Positions 17,479 to 28,033 of a stretch of DNA of 64,000 bases are shown in pieces. The position numbers were made by a program, and so were the translations under genes. The DNA is from Bacillota bacterium (lineage in GTDB: Bacteria > Bacillota > Sulfobacillia > UBA995 > UBA9673): positions 16,507-80,506 of the forward strand of contig QZJP01000012.1 in assembly GCA_003599345.1 (NCBI GenBank), read 5' to 3'. Each line of letters begins with the position of its first letter. Position 1 is the first letter of the stretch. Below the pieces are notes generated by a model. The model saw only the letters and a list, made by a program, of their open reading frames with translations. It was not told the DNA's origin and searched no databases.

Positions 17479-18492
17479 CTAGCACAATCCTCTCTTGACC
17501 AGTTCCTCAGCTATCTGAACCGCATTGGATGCGGCACCCTTTCGCAGGTTGTCGGACACCACCCAGAAAGCTAGGCCTCGCTCCGACGACAGGTCCTTTC
17601 GGATGCGACCCACAAAGACCTCATCCCGGCCGGCCGCTTCGAGCGGGGTCGGATAGACGCCCTCCGCCGGGTCGTCTCGGACGAGCACTCCGGGCATCGC
17701 GGCCAGGGCTTCCCGGGCCTCTTCAGGTGATACCGGTCTCCGAGTCTCAACCCAGACCGCCTCGGAGTGACCCACTTCAACCGGCACGCGCACCGTGGTG
17801 GCAGAGACGGCCAGGTCGGGGCGCCCCATGATCTTCCGGGTCTCCGTCACCATCTTCATCTCTTCCTTGCTGTGGCCCCCAGGCTCGAACTCGTCGATAT
17901 GGGGGATGAGGTTGAAGGCGATGGGGTGCGGGTAGACCTTGGGCTTGACGGCCTGCCCGTCGAGAATGGACCGGGACTGGGTCCTGAGCTCCTCCACCGC
18001 CTCCCACCCGGTGCCCGAAACCGACTGGTACGTGGCTACCACGACCCGGGTCAGTCTCGAGAGCCCCTCGATAGGCTTGAGGGCCATGACGAGCTGGATA
18101 GTGGAGCAGTTCGGGCTGGCGATAATTCCCCGGTGCGCGCTAAGGGCCTCCTGGTTCACCTCCGGCACGACCAGGGGCACCGACGGGTCGGCCCGAAAGG
18201 CGTTTGATTTGTCTATCACGACAGCCCCGCGCCTGACAGCCTCCGGGGCCAGGCTTAGGCTCACGTCGGTCGGCACGGCGAAGAAGGCTATGTGGACGCC
18301 CTCGAAACGTTCGGGCTCGACTAACTCGACGGGTTCGGAACGGCCGCGGAACTCCATGGTCGTTCCGGCTGTCCGGGCTGTCCCCATGAGCGTCAATCCG
18401 CCGACGGGAAACCGGCGCTCCTCCAGGATGTCGAGAAGCTTCCGCCCAACGGCTCCGGCGGCACCCACTATGGCCACGTTGCGGTCCACCAA
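17479..18492 (-). CDS. asd: Aspartate-semialdehyde dehydrogenase
   Basis: N-terminal Rossmann VAIVGAAGAVG. Catalytic Cys in SPNCSTIQLVMAL. Confidence 0.9.
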   Translation of the reverse strand: MVDRNVAIVGAAGAVGRKLLDILEERRFPVGGLTLMGTARTAGTTMEFRGRSEPVELVEPERFEGVHIAFFAVPTDVSLSLAPEAVRRGAVVIDKSNAFRADPSVPLVVPEVNQEALSAHRGIIASPNCSTIQLVMALKPIEGLSRLTRVVVATYQSVSGTGWEAVEELRTQSRSILDGQAVKPKVYPHPIAFNLIPHIDEFEPGGHSKEEMKMVTETRKIMGRPDLAVSATTVRVPVEVGHSEAVWVETRRPVSPEEAREALAAMPGVLVRDDPAEGVYPTPLEAAGRDEVFVGRIRKDLSSERGLAFWVVSDNLRKGAASNAVQIAEELVKRGLC

Positions 18493-18522
18493 GCCACTCT
18501 CCTTCCCGTCGGAGCACCGCGG

Positions 18523-19116
18523 TCACACCTGGACACGGCTCACGAGCACAGGCTGGAGCTGTCGTCCCGACAAGGCCGCCTCGACGGTCGGTACTAGCAG
18601 GCTGAGGTCGGAGTCCAAAGAGTTCGGCTTGGTATCTGGGTTGTCCTGCCCAAATGGTACGAAGTAGACATGACGGGTATTCAGTAGCTGCCCCAGGTTC
18701 TTAGCGTTCATCCCCAGGCCGTCGTTCGTCGCGATGGACAGGACGACGGGCCTCTGGTTCCTGAGGTGGGCCTTGCAGGCCATCAGCACCGGCCCGTCCG
18801 TGATGGCGTTGGCGAGCTTGGCGAGGGTGTTTCCGGTGCACGGCGCGACAACCATGACGTCGAGCAGCCTCTCCGGACCGATAGGCTCGACCTCCGAAAC
18901 CCTCCTCAGCGCGCGTTTCCCAGTAATCTCGTGGAGTCGGGTCAGCCAGTTCTCAGGCGTCCCGAAGCGCGACTCGACTGACGCCACGGATTCCGAGACT
19001 ATCGGCAGCACGTCCGCCCCCTCGACGACGAGTCTCTCCAAGTGCGGAAACACCCGCTCGAGAGTGCAGTGCGACCCGGTCAGGGCGAACCCCACGCGCT
19101 TTCCGTGTAGGCTCAA
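18523..19116 (-). CDS. dpaB: Dipicolinate synthase subunit B (flavoprotein, SpoVFB)
   Basis: Flavoprotein-fold N-terminus MSLHGKRVGFALTGSHCTLERV…. About 197 aa. Adjacent to dpaA. Confidence 0.85.
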   Translation of the reverse strand: MSLHGKRVGFALTGSHCTLERVFPHLERLVVEGADVLPIVSESVASVESRFGTPENWLTRLHEITGKRALRRVSEVEPIGPERLLDVMVVAPCTGNTLAKLANAITDGPVLMACKAHLRNQRPVVLSIATNDGLGMNAKNLGQLLNTRHVYFVPFGQDNPDTKPNSLDSDLSLLVPTVEAALSGRQLQPVLVSRVQV

Positions 19117-20030
19117 GACCTAGACACCTCCCTTGCGGCACCATCGTCCAAGCGTTCGTCGATCAGTCTCAGAATGACGCTAGCGAGGTAGGTGGCCGCG
19201 GTTTCCGGCGCGACCCGTCCCGGGAGCCCCGGGGCCAGTACTGCCTTCAGTCCGAACTCGGCCGCGGCGTCGAAGTCGGTCCCGCCCTTCCCGGAGGCGA
19301 GATCGATCACGACCGCCTCGCCGTCCAGGACGGATAGCGCTTCCCGCCCCAGAACCGCGGCCGGTACGGTATTGAACACGAACCGGGCGCCCTCGAGCGC
19401 GTCCCGCAGCTCGCTGAAGTCGACGGCCACGCACCCCGTCACCACCGCTCGAGCCCTAGCGTCCGGCCTCCGGGCCACGACCGTCACTCTGGCCCCCAGG
19501 GCGGCGAGTGTGGCGGCCATCGTCTGGCCGGTGCGGCCGTAGCCGATCACCGCGGCCCGAGACCCGTGAATGGTCACTCTCGTGCGTTCCAGGGCCATCA
19601 TCACCGCGCCCTCGGCTGTGGGAATGGAGTTGAGTATGGCGAGGTCGTCAAGGTCGCCCAGGGCCACCGCCTGGCAACCCGCGCCGGCTACCGCGGCCGC
19701 GAGGTCGGGCGGGAAGGATCCGGCCAGAACGAGCGCGGGCGGAACCATCTTCCCGAGGTCGTCACCGGACAGGAACAGGGCGTCCTCGGGATCCTCCGAC
19801 CAGACGCGCCCTCCCGGCCCGAACGGGGGCATGGGACACACGAGGACATGCGCGCCCGAGAGCGCGTCACTGAGGCAGGTATGGTGCCCGACACCCGGCA
19901 CCAGAGGGGGCCGGCGGCGGACTAGCCGCGCGCGGGCCCCCAGGGAGGTCAGCCGGGCCGCCAGGAAGTCGTTTCGCCTGTCGCCGCCGGCAATAGCGAA
20001 CTCAAGCCGGGAAACACAGGAGTCTTGCAC
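19113..20030 (-). CDS. dpaA: Dipicolinate synthase subunit A (SpoVFA, dehydrogenase-like)
   Basis: About 300 aa with a Rossmann segment (AAVIGYGRTGQTMAATLAALGARVTVVARR). 4-bp overlap with dpaB. Confidence 0.85.
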   Translation of the reverse strand: MQDSCVSRLEFAIAGGDRRNDFLAARLTSLGARARLVRRRPPLVPGVGHHTCLSDALSGAHVLVCPMPPFGPGGRVWSEDPEDALFLSGDDLGKMVPPALVLAGSFPPDLAAAVAGAGCQAVALGDLDDLAILNSIPTAEGAVMMALERTRVTIHGSRAAVIGYGRTGQTMAATLAALGARVTVVARRPDARARAVVTGCVAVDFSELRDALEGARFVFNTVPAAVLGREALSVLDGEAVVIDLASGKGGTDFDAAAEFGLKAVLAPGLPGRVAPETAATYLASVILRLIDERLDDGAAREVSRS

Positions 20031-20141
20031 TTGGGAGCCCCTCTACCTCGCCGGACTTCTCGGGCGTCCGGCCTGGGTACACTCTATGTCCTGCCGGATT
20101 GCCCGGTGAGGGGCTGAGGAAGGTGAGACTCGCGCCGGAGG

Positions 20142-21119
20142 CTATCCGGGCTGGGCGAGGCCCAGGAGGTCCTCCAGGGACGTGACGAGGCCGGTGATGT
20201 CACGTACTTTCCGGACGGCAAGAAGGACCCCGGGCATGAACGACGCCCGGCTGGCGGAATCGTGACGGAGGGTGAACGTCTCGCCCGAGGAGCCGAAGAT
20301 GATCTCGTGGTGGGCCACCAGGCCGGAGAGGCGCACACTGTGTACCGGCACACCGCCGACTTCGACGCCCCGGGACGGTTGGCGCTCCACGACAGTCGCT
20401 GGTTCTCCGGCCTGGACGGGGCGCACCGGCGTTGGTGCCTGGTCGCGCCCGGCCGCGGCGTCCCGCAGGCTCCCGCCCGCGGCGCCGGCTCCCGGCCTCG
20501 CGGCACTCCCGTCGAGATGGGCCCCGACCAGCCGTGCTAGAGCCAGCGCCGTTCCGGAAGGGGCGTCGACCTTCTGGTCGTGGTGCATCTCGATTATCTC
20601 GGCGGTCTTGAAGTAGCCGGCCGCGACTCTGGCCGTGATCGCCAGCACGGTGGCCCCTAGGGAAAAATTCGGAGCGACGACGCATCCGAGACCGAGCCGG
20701 CGGGCGGTGCGGTCGATGTCCCGGAGAGTCTCGCCGGGAATCCCGGTTGTCCCGGAGACCGGCCGGACCCCGGCATCAAGGGCCTGCCTGAGGATGGAGG
20801 GGCTGACGGTCGCGTTCGTGAACTCGACGAGGACCTCGGGGCGGGCCTCCCCTAAACAGGCGGCCACAGTGGAGAAAGTGGCTATTCCGTCCGAGGCCAG
20901 TTCTCCCTGGAGGGTCGGGACGTCCGGCGACCCCTCGTCACGGAACGCCCTGGACACGGCCCCGACCAGGAGGAGGTCCGGAGCGCCCATCACGGCCTGA
21001 AGCACCTCGCGGCCCATGCGCCCGGAGGCCCCGGCCACCGCGACCTTCAGACGGTCCCGCGCCGCGTCGCCGGAGCGCGGGCCCTCACCGCCGTTGCCCC
21101 GTGTGGTGCGCTCGCTCAA
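20142..21119 (-). CDS. dapB: 4-hydroxy-tetrahydrodipicolinate reductase (DapB) with about 23-aa N-terminal extension
   Basis: LKVAVAGASGRMGREV… NAD(P)-binding motif. HHxxK-type catalytic region (HHDQKVDAPSGTA). TTG start at 21117-21119 preceded by GGAGGGGAAGG. Confidence 0.8.
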   Translation of the reverse strand: MSERTTRGNGGEGPRSGDAARDRLKVAVAGASGRMGREVLQAVMGAPDLLLVGAVSRAFRDEGSPDVPTLQGELASDGIATFSTVAACLGEARPEVLVEFTNATVSPSILRQALDAGVRPVSGTTGIPGETLRDIDRTARRLGLGCVVAPNFSLGATVLAITARVAAGYFKTAEIIEMHHDQKVDAPSGTALALARLVGAHLDGSAARPGAGAAGGSLRDAAAGRDQAPTPVRPVQAGEPATVVERQPSRGVEVGGVPVHSVRLSGLVAHHEIIFGSSGETFTLRHDSASRASFMPGVLLAVRKVRDITGLVTSLEDLLGLAQPG

Positions 21120-21407
21120 GCCTTCCCCTCCAGACAGCCGTCATGGGCCGTGACCACCCCGGGCCACCGCTAGGTCCGGCGAGTCCCGTGGGCGTAACCT
21201 CAGCCCACGACGAGTCTCTACCATATTCTACTACGCAAATCCTGCTCGGTACTCCACGAATCGCTACTGCCCGGCAGGCAGCGAGGACGGGCCGGCGGAG
21301 AATGGGCCAACGGAGAATGGGCCAGCGACAAGGCCCGCCGCCGCGCGAGCGCTTGGCAGCGGGCCCGACCCGGAACTCATCAAACGCCCCTACCGCGGGG
21401 CGTCCGG

Positions 21408-21953
21408 CTAGTGCTCCCGGGACTTCCTCTCGTGACTCTCGACGTCCTCCGCTCCGTTGCGCCGAAGGATGTCCTCGACCTTCCCGGCCTTGTCGTCGGA
21501 GGCGTGAACCACGGTCAGGATACCGCCCTCCTTGACCTTCTTCTCAAACTCCCGCCCCCTCGCTTCGGGCACACCGTAGTCGACCAGGCCGCCGGCGAGA
21601 CCCCCGGTGACCGCTCCGGTCAGAAGGGCCGCCAGCGGACCCGCAGCTAGAATCGGGCCGATGCCCGGGATGGCCAGAGCCCCCGCGCCCGCCAGAAGGC
21701 CGGCCGCACCGCCTGCCCCGCCTCCCCAGGCCACACCCGTGCCCACGTCCTGACCGGCTACGTCCAGGTCAGCCAGGTCGCCGTCCGCGTCGCCGCCCCG
21801 GGACTCCGGCCCGCGGCCGCCGCCCCCGTCCCCCCGTTCATCGCGGGAAACGATAGAAACCTCATCTTCCCTGAGCCCGGCTTCCTTGAGCTCGTCGACC
21901 GCCTTCTCGGCCTGTCCCCTGGACTTGAAGACACCAATGACCGTCTTACCCAC
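21408..21953 (-). CDS. YflT / general-stress-protein-17M-like protein (DUF1269) with central Gly-zipper hydrophobic segment
   Basis: MGKTVIGVFKSRGQAEKAVDELKEAGLREDEVSIV… matches the YflT domain N-terminus. C-terminal …FEKKVKEGGILTVVHASDDKAGKVEDIL…. GTG start preceded by GGGGGG. Hairpin plus T-run (GCCCCGCGGTAGGGGC GTTTGATGAGTT) downstream. Confidence 0.55.
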   Translation of the reverse strand: MGKTVIGVFKSRGQAEKAVDELKEAGLREDEVSIVSRDERGDGGGGRGPESRGGDADGDLADLDVAGQDVGTGVAWGGGAGGAAGLLAGAGALAIPGIGPILAAGPLAALLTGAVTGGLAGGLVDYGVPEARGREFEKKVKEGGILTVVHASDDKAGKVEDILRRNGAEDVESHERKSREH

Positions 21954-22069
21954 AATGACCCCCCGTTCCCATGGCTCATGAAATCGCTGGTTCGGGGCTA
22001 GTATTGTTCCCGGGTAAGATTGTCATTCGCCGGGGGTCGACGCTACGGCACTGCCGGCGCCGGTAGCAC

Positions 22070-22444
22070 CTAGCTCGTCTTCTCAAACAGGCGGGACAGG
22101 AACGGCTCCACCAAGGCCAAAGCCACGGCTATGGCCGCGACGGGATCGACCTCCGCCCCCAGGAAACCTACTTTGCCTGGCAACGCCAGTCCCACGAAGC
22201 TCGAGACCATCACGAGAGAGAGGTATATGCCGCCGGCTACGGCGACCAGGTCTACGAGGCCCTGTGAAAACGGCGTATGGCGGGGGTCTGGGAGGTCTCT
22301 CCGTCTGATAGCGTTGAGCTCACGGTCTTTCTGCCTGGCTTTCTCCCTGGCGGCCAGGGCGGCAACCAGAGCGACGACGACGAGCGCGGCCGCTGCGGTC
22401 AAACCGAGCATCCGGCCCCCTCCCTCCTGGGGTGGCGGCGCCAC
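22070..22444 (-). CDS. Hypothetical small membrane protein (2 TM segments)
   Basis: Minus-strand ORF with two hydrophobic helices (LGLTAAAALVVVALVAAL; LVDLVAVAGGIYLSLVMVSSFVGLAL). No recognisable domain. Confidence 0.35.
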   Translation of the reverse strand: MAPPPQEGGGRMLGLTAAAALVVVALVAALAAREKARQKDRELNAIRRRDLPDPRHTPFSQGLVDLVAVAGGIYLSLVMVSSFVGLALPGKVGFLGAEVDPVAAIAVALALVEPFLSRLFEKTS

Positions 22445-22475
22445 CTAGGACAGGACTATGAAGGCCCTCACCCGG

Positions 22476-23006
22476 CTATGTCGGCCCGCCCTTCCCCCCG
22501 CTTCCCGAGGCAGGTTCATCGAACCCGCCCGTGTGACCGAAGCCGCCCTCACCCCTGGCCGATGTCGAAAGTCGTCCCACGTGGTCAACCACGACGTCGG
22601 CCCTGGTGACCGGCGCGACGACGAGCTGAGCGACCCGGTCCCCCCGCAGCACCGCGAACTCCTCCTCCCCGAGGTTGACCAGTATGACCTTGACTTCGCC
22701 CCGGTAGTCCGAATCTATGGTACCGGGTGAATTCAGCACGGTCACCCCCGCGCGCGCCGCGAGACCGCTCCTCGGCCTCACCTGGCCCTCGAAACCGACC
22801 GGTACCTCCAACCTCAGTCCGGTAGGCACGAGAGCTCTCGCGCCCGGCGCGATGACGATGGGCTCCCGGTTTGCCGCGACCAGGTCCATCCCCGCCGCCC
22901 CCGCCGTCATGTAGGCCGGCAGCGGCAGATCCTCTGTCCCGGGGTCGCGGGTGGCCTTGACGACGACCTGCCGGGGTTGCTGGTTCACGGCCGTCCCCCC
23001 TCGCAA
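22476..23006 (-). CDS. dut: dUTP diphosphatase
   Basis: dUTPase motifs [15 protein letters not shown], and a C-terminal Gly-rich motif. Confidence 0.85.
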   Translation of the reverse strand: MRGGTAVNQQPRQVVVKATRDPGTEDLPLPAYMTAGAAGMDLVAANREPIVIAPGARALVPTGLRLEVPVGFEGQVRPRSGLAARAGVTVLNSPGTIDSDYRGEVKVILVNLGEEEFAVLRGDRVAQLVVAPVTRADVVVDHVGRLSTSARGEGGFGHTGGFDEPASGSGGKGGPT

Positions 23007-24307
23007 AGAGAGTCCCTCAGGGCTTGTTCCGAAGGGAGCGGATCCGGTCCGACGGCGGCTACAGCCGCCCGCGCCGGGTCGAGCACACGACGGGCGAGTT
23101 CCCCGAGGTCTTCCACGGTCACGGCGTCTATGCGCGCAGCTACCTCGTCCGGACTGAGAATCTTGTCCAGTAGGAGCAGTGAACGCCCTAAACGGCTCAT
23201 ACGGTTCGAGGTGTTCTCCAGCCCCAGGAGCAAAGACGCCTTCACCTGGTCCTTCGCCCGCTTGAGTTCCTCAGGAGTCGGGCCGTCACGTCTCAGGTCC
23301 TCCATCTCCACAGCCGCGAGTCTGACGACCTCTCGGGCGTTTTCAGGGCTTACCGCCGCGTATACGCCCATCATGCCGGTGTCTGAGAACGCTGAGGAGT
23401 AGGCGTAGATGGAGTAGGCGAGACCCCGTTCTTCGCGGATGGCCTGGAACAGCCTCGAGCTCGTCCCGCCTCCGAGTATCCCGCTCAGCAGGTGCAACGC
23501 GAAGACGCTGGGGTCACCCATCGGCACGCCCTGGAACCCGACGCACAGGTGAGTCTGCTCGATCGGCTTGGCCTTGGCGCGGTACCCGGGGTGCAGCGCG
23601 GGTGTCGTCTTGATGGCCGCGGCCCCGGCGGCGGGCGCGCTGCCGAAGAAGTCCCGCGCCATGCTGAACCCCTTCGTGGCCCCGACGTTCCCGGCCAAGG
23701 CAACAACGATGTTCCCCTTGTTGTAGCCTGAGCGATGGTAGTCCGTCACGGTGTCGACGGACACGGCCGACACGGTCTCGGCCGTCCCCAGGACAGGCTT
23801 CCCTAGCGGGTCGTCACCCCACGCCGCTTCAGCCAGGAAATCAGCGGCGAGTTCGTCCGGGGTGTCCTCGTACATCTTGATCTCCTCGAGGACTACGCCT
23901 TTCTCCTTCGGCAGGTCCGAGGGGTCGAACCTGGGCGAGAGAGCCAGGTCTGACAGGAGGTCCATGGCCCGGTCGAGGTGCTCATCAAGGACCTTGACGT
24001 AGTAGCAGGAGTACTCCTTGGAGGTGTAGCCGTTGAGCTGGCCGCCGATGGAGTCCATCTCCTCGGCTATGCGCCGCGCCGTCCGCCGCTCGGTCCCCTT
24101 GAAGAGGAGATGTTCGACCAGGTGGGATATGCCCGCGAGCGAACTCGGCTCCTGGCGCGACCCGACCCCTACCCACACCCCGACCGACACCGAACGCACG
24201 TACGGAATGGTCTCGAGCACGACGCGCAGCCCGCCCGGGAGGGTCTCCGTTTCGTACAAGGGGGCGGGACCCTCTGACATCCGGCGCCTACCGTCGCTCT
24301 CGGTCAC
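22985..24307 (-). CDS. M16-family zinc peptidase (pitrilysin-like; MlpA/YmxG position)
   Basis: Inverted zinc-binding motif [12 protein letters not shown] (HxxEH). About 430 aa, two-domain M16 architecture. Sits next to pnp as in Bacillus. Confidence 0.85.
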   Translation of the reverse strand: MTESDGRRRMSEGPAPLYETETLPGGLRVVLETIPYVRSVSVGVWVGVGSRQEPSSLAGISHLVEHLLFKGTERRTARRIAEEMDSIGGQLNGYTSKEYSCYYVKVLDEHLDRAMDLLSDLALSPRFDPSDLPKEKGVVLEEIKMYEDTPDELAADFLAEAAWGDDPLGKPVLGTAETVSAVSVDTVTDYHRSGYNKGNIVVALAGNVGATKGFSMARDFFGSAPAAGAAAIKTTPALHPGYRAKAKPIEQTHLCVGFQGVPMGDPSVFALHLLSGILGGGTSSRLFQAIREERGLAYSIYAYSSAFSDTGMMGVYAAVSPENAREVVRLAAVEMEDLRRDGPTPEELKRAKDQVKASLLLGLENTSNRMSRLGRSLLLLDKILSPDEVAARIDAVTVEDLGELARRVLDPARAAVAAVGPDPLPSEQALRDSLCEGGRP

Positions 24308-25215
24308 TGCGTCTCGCCTCCGCGGGCGGTCTTTTGCCGGGTCTTCACTCCGGGCGACGACTCGGACCCGAGTTCCGCCCGGAGGAGCCGGAGCCGGCGA
24401 AGGTCCGCGGCGCGTTCCTCGTCCGACCCCGGCGTCTCGAGAAGGAACGGACAGCCGGCGAGCGCCGGAGTGGCGAGAAGAGCCGAGAAGCCGGTTTCTC
24501 CGATGGTCCCGCTGCCGATCGGAGCGTGACGGTCCTTGTGGGAGCCGGCGTCTTGTGCCGAATCGTTGGCGTGGATTACCTTCAGCCGGTCCTGCCCGAC
24601 GATGTCCGCGGCCTGCCTGATGAAGGCCGAGACACCTTCAGGACTGCTCAAGTCGTAACCGGCCGCGTGGGCGTGGCAGGTGTCCAGGCACACCCCGAAG
24701 AGCGGTCCTTTTTCATCCTCGAGTCTGTGGAGGAGCGCGGCCAGATCCTCGAGGGTCGCCCCGAGTTCGCGCCCGGACCCGGCGGTGTTCTCGAGGAGCA
24801 GCGTGACCTCCCGGGCGGCGGGGCTGGCACGGTCGTAGGCCTCGACGATTGAGGTGAGGGCCCTCTCGATCCCTTCCGACGTGCCGGTCCCCTCTGCCGG
24901 CCTGCCCGGGTGCGTCACCACATAGGGAGCTCCGAGGACCGACGCCCGTTCGAACTCGCCGGTGAGAGTCTCCGCGGCGTAGGCCCGGAGCCCGTCGTCC
25001 CCGGAGGACAGGTTGGCGAAGTAGGGCATATGGATGACCAGCGGCCTGACGCCAGCCGCATCGAGGACATCCCTGGCCGCCAAGGCCTCCTCGAGGGGTA
25101 TGGCTCTCGCCTTGCCGCCCTGGGGACTTCTCGAGAAGATCTGAACAGCTTCACATCCGAAGTCTCGAGCGCGTTCCGCCATCCGGACCATGCCGCCGGC
25201 AATCGAGACGTGCAT
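24304..25215 (-). CDS. nfo: Endonuclease IV (AP endonuclease family 2, Nfo)
   Basis: Aligns along its length with E. coli Nfo (MHVSIAGGM…, HxxYxxNLxS, LENTAGx[22 protein letters not shown]…DRH, LETP). The ORF extends to 25293. The start at MHVSIAGG (ATG 25213-25215) was chosen by homology. Confidence 0.8.
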   Translation of the reverse strand: MHVSIAGGMVRMAERARDFGCEAVQIFSRSPQGGKARAIPLEEALAARDVLDAAGVRPLVIHMPYFANLSSGDDGLRAYAAETLTGEFERASVLGAPYVVTHPGRPAEGTGTSEGIERALTSIVEAYDRASPAAREVTLLLENTAGSGRELGATLEDLAALLHRLEDEKGPLFGVCLDTCHAHAAGYDLSSPEGVSAFIRQAADIVGQDRLKVIHANDSAQDAGSHKDRHAPIGSGTIGETGFSALLATPALAGCPFLLETPGSDEERAADLRRLRLLRAELGSESSPGVKTRQKTARGGETQ

Positions 25216-25295
25216 GCCGAGACGCGGCACGGACGTCGGGGGCGGAGTCCCTTGGCTACCCCCGACCGGTCGGCTCGGGCCGGGGCGGTTCACGG

Positions 25296-27527
25296 CTACC
25301 TCCTAGGCCCCCCGGGCCTGCGGCCGCCGCCGGGACCGCCACGCCCTCCGCGGTCCCCCCTACGCCCCGCGTCGCCGTCCCTGCGCTGTCGCGAATCGCG
25401 GTCGCCGCGGCTAGCCCCTGGCGGAGCCGGCTCGCCGCGGGCGATCCGTTCCTCACGGAGAACGTCTCGACGGGAGAGGTTGACCCGGCCGAGATTGTCT
25501 ATCTCGGTGCACTTCACGACGATCTCGTCACCGACCTTGACCACGTCCTCCGTGTTCTCGACGCGTTCCTCGGCGAGCTTGGAGATGTGCACCAGGCCTT
25601 CCTTGCCCGGCAAGACTTCCACGAACGCCCCGAACGGAGTGACTCTGGTCACCCGTCCGCGATAGGTCTTGCCGACCTCGACCTCGCGGGTGATGTCCTC
25701 TATCATCTTGACCGCCCGGGCGGTCCCGTCCCGGTCCACGCCGGCCACGAAGATACGGCCGTCGTCCTCAATGTCTATCTGGGTACCGGTCTCCGCGATA
25801 ATCTTGTTGATGACCTTGCCCCCGGGACCGATGACTTCGCGGATCTTGTCCGGGTTGATCGTGAGGATCACGATACGCGGCGCGTAGGGAGACAGCTCCT
25901 GCCTGGGCTCGGGGATAACGGCGAGCATCCGGTCGAGGATGTGGAGGCGACCCTCGCGCGCCTGGATGAGGGCCTGGTTTAGGATGGGACGGTCGAGCCC
26001 GGTGGCCTTGATGTCCATCTGAATGGCCGTGACGCCGGCTCTCGTCCCGGCGACCTTGAAATCCATGTCCCCGTAAAAATCCTCGACTCCCTGGATATCG
26101 GTGAGGACGGCGAACCGGTCGCCTTCCTTGATGAGGCCCATGGCCACCCCGCTGACAGGAGCCGATATCGGCACGCCGGCGTCCATCAGGGCCAAGGTGC
26201 TACCGCAGACGCTCCCCATTGACGTGGACCCGTTGGACTCAAGGACCTCAGAGACCAGCCTGATTGTGTACGGGAAGTCGGCTTCGGAAGGAATGACCCG
26301 AAGCAGCGCGCGCTCGGCCAGTGCCCCGTGACCGATTTCGCGCCTTCCCGGCCCCCTGATAGGCCGGACCTCGCCCACGCTGTAGGCCGGGAAGTTGTAG
26401 TGGTGCATGTAGCGCTTCTCTGTTTCCGAGCCGGGACTGTCGATGGTCTGCACGTCACCGACCGACCCCAACGTGGCGATGGTCAGAACCTGTGTCTGCC
26501 CGCGGGTGAACAGCCCGGAGCCGTGAGCCCTCGGAAGGAGCCCGACCTCGCAGGTGACGGTCCGGACCTCATTGGGGCGTCGGCCGTCGGGCCGTCGTCC
26601 TTCCTCGAGGATCAATCTCCTGACTTCATCCCTCAGAACTGCCTTGAAGACATCGCGGATGTCAGCCTGCGCGTCGGGGAACTCAGGCGCAAGCTCGTCC
26701 GCCACCGCCTTCTCCACGTCGTCCAGAGCATCCTCGCGTGTCATCTTGTCGGGCTCGCCGAGAACGGCCCGGATCCTTGACACGGCCAGGGCCCTGACCC
26801 TTTCCTCGAGCTCGGGGGAAGGCTTGTGGACGGGGTAGTCCCCCTTCGGCTTCCCCGCGGCGGCGACGATGCGGTCCTGGAGGTCCATGACCTCTTGGCA
26901 GGCATCGAAACCGTGGAAGATTGCCTCCGCTATCTCCTCCTCAGGCACCTCGGCCGCTTCGGCCTCGACCATAAGCACGGCATCACGCGACGCCGCCACG
27001 ATCACCCTCAAGTCACTGGCCTGAGCCTGCTCGGCGGTCGGATTAAGGATCAGCCGGCCATCCACCCGTCCCACGATGACCATGCCGATGGGGCCGTCGA
27101 ACGGGGCATCGGAGACGCACAGAGCGGTCGAGGCCCCGACTATTCCCGCGAACTCGGGCGCGCAGTTCGGGTCCACGGAAAACACGGTGACAACGACTTG
27201 CACATCGTTCCGGAAGCCCTTCGGGAACCTCGGTCGGAGCGGCCTGTCGGTCAGCCGGGCGCTGAGCGTCGCTCTCTCACTGGGCCGCCCCTCTCTGCGG
27301 AAGAAGCTACCGGGGATGCGGCCAACGGAGTACTGGCGTTCCTCCCAATCGACAAGCAGAGGGAAGAAGTCGATGCCTTCCCGGGGTTCCTTGGATACTG
27401 TCGCCGTGGCCAGAACCACGGTGTCACCGTAGCGAACCAGCGCGCTTCCGCCGGCCTGCGTGGCGACTCTGTTCACTTCCACAATCAGGGCGCGGCCCGC
27501 GAAAGTGGTTTCGAATTTGTCTGACAT
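25296..27527 (-). CDS. pnp: Polynucleotide phosphorylase (PNPase)
   Basis: Two RNase PH domains, KH and S1 domains, Arg/Gly-rich C-terminal tail. AAGGAGG SD 4 nt before the ATG. Confidence 0.95.
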   Translation of the reverse strand: MSDKFETTFAGRALIVEVNRVATQAGGSALVRYGDTVVLATATVSKEPREGIDFFPLLVDWEERQYSVGRIPGSFFRREGRPSERATLSARLTDRPLRPRFPKGFRNDVQVVVTVFSVDPNCAPEFAGIVGASTALCVSDAPFDGPIGMVIVGRVDGRLILNPTAEQAQASDLRVIVAASRDAVLMVEAEAAEVPEEEIAEAIFHGFDACQEVMDLQDRIVAAAGKPKGDYPVHKPSPELEERVRALAVSRIRAVLGEPDKMTREDALDDVEKAVADELAPEFPDAQADIRDVFKAVLRDEVRRLILEEGRRPDGRRPNEVRTVTCEVGLLPRAHGSGLFTRGQTQVLTIATLGSVGDVQTIDSPGSETEKRYMHHYNFPAYSVGEVRPIRGPGRREIGHGALAERALLRVIPSEADFPYTIRLVSEVLESNGSTSMGSVCGSTLALMDAGVPISAPVSGVAMGLIKEGDRFAVLTDIQGVEDFYGDMDFKVAGTRAGVTAIQMDIKATGLDRPILNQALIQAREGRLHILDRMLAVIPEPRQELSPYAPRIVILTINPDKIREVIGPGGKVINKIIAETGTQIDIEDDGRIFVAGVDRDGTARAVKMIEDITREVEVGKTYRGRVTRVTPFGAFVEVLPGKEGLVHISKLAEERVENTEDVVKVGDEIVVKCTEIDNLGRVNLSRRDVLREERIARGEPAPPGASRGDRDSRQRRDGDAGRRGDRGGRGGPGGGRRPGGPRR

Positions 27528-27606
27528 GAAGCCTCCTTATTGGTGTGGATATCTTGGGCGGTGCACGGCGGGGCAGATCCCTATGGGTCGCTCCGCCACC
27601 TGGGGC

Positions 27607-27873
27607 CTACCGCCTGAGGCCCAGCCTCTCGACGACCGCGCGGTAGCGCTCGATGTCGTTGTCCCGCAAGTAGTTGAGTAGGCGGCGCCGCTGGCCCACC
27701 ATCTTCAAGAGCCCGCGGCGGGAGTGGTGGTCCTTCTTGTGGGCGCGGAGATGCTCGGTGAGCTCGTTGATCCTCTTGGTGAGAATGGCCACCTGCACTT
27801 CGGGGGAGCCGGTGTCGCTCTCGTGGATCCTGAAGTCGTTGATGATCTCGCGCTTAGCGTCCTTGCTCAACAT
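27607..27873 (-). CDS. rpsO: 30S ribosomal protein S15
   Basis: [42 protein letters not shown]… (89 aa). ATG at 27871-27873 preceded by GGAGGTG. The 66-aa upstream extension in the ORF track is rejected. Confidence 0.95.
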   Translation of the reverse strand: MLSKDAKREIINDFRIHESDTGSPEVQVAILTKRINELTEHLRAHKKDHHSRRGLLKMVGQRRRLLNYLRDNDIERYRAVVERLGLRR

Positions 27874-28033
27874 AGAAACACCTCCAGGCTTGCCTGCCCT
27901 CCCCGGCGGCCCACGCCTGCCGTCGGAGGGGACGGCGGACCTAGGTCGCGGTTCAATGGGTCGGCTCATTCTAACATCTTGAGCACCGCGGGGCAAGTTC
28001 ACCCGGTGCAAGTCTTCCATCCCCCGGAGGTTC

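Noticed and set aside
21408-21953. sigmaB-type promoter upstream of the YflT-like gene
   Set aside because: I looked for GTTTAA-N12-14-GGGTAT in 21954-22069 and found only weak matches (TGACAA…AATACT). It is not supportable from sequence alone.
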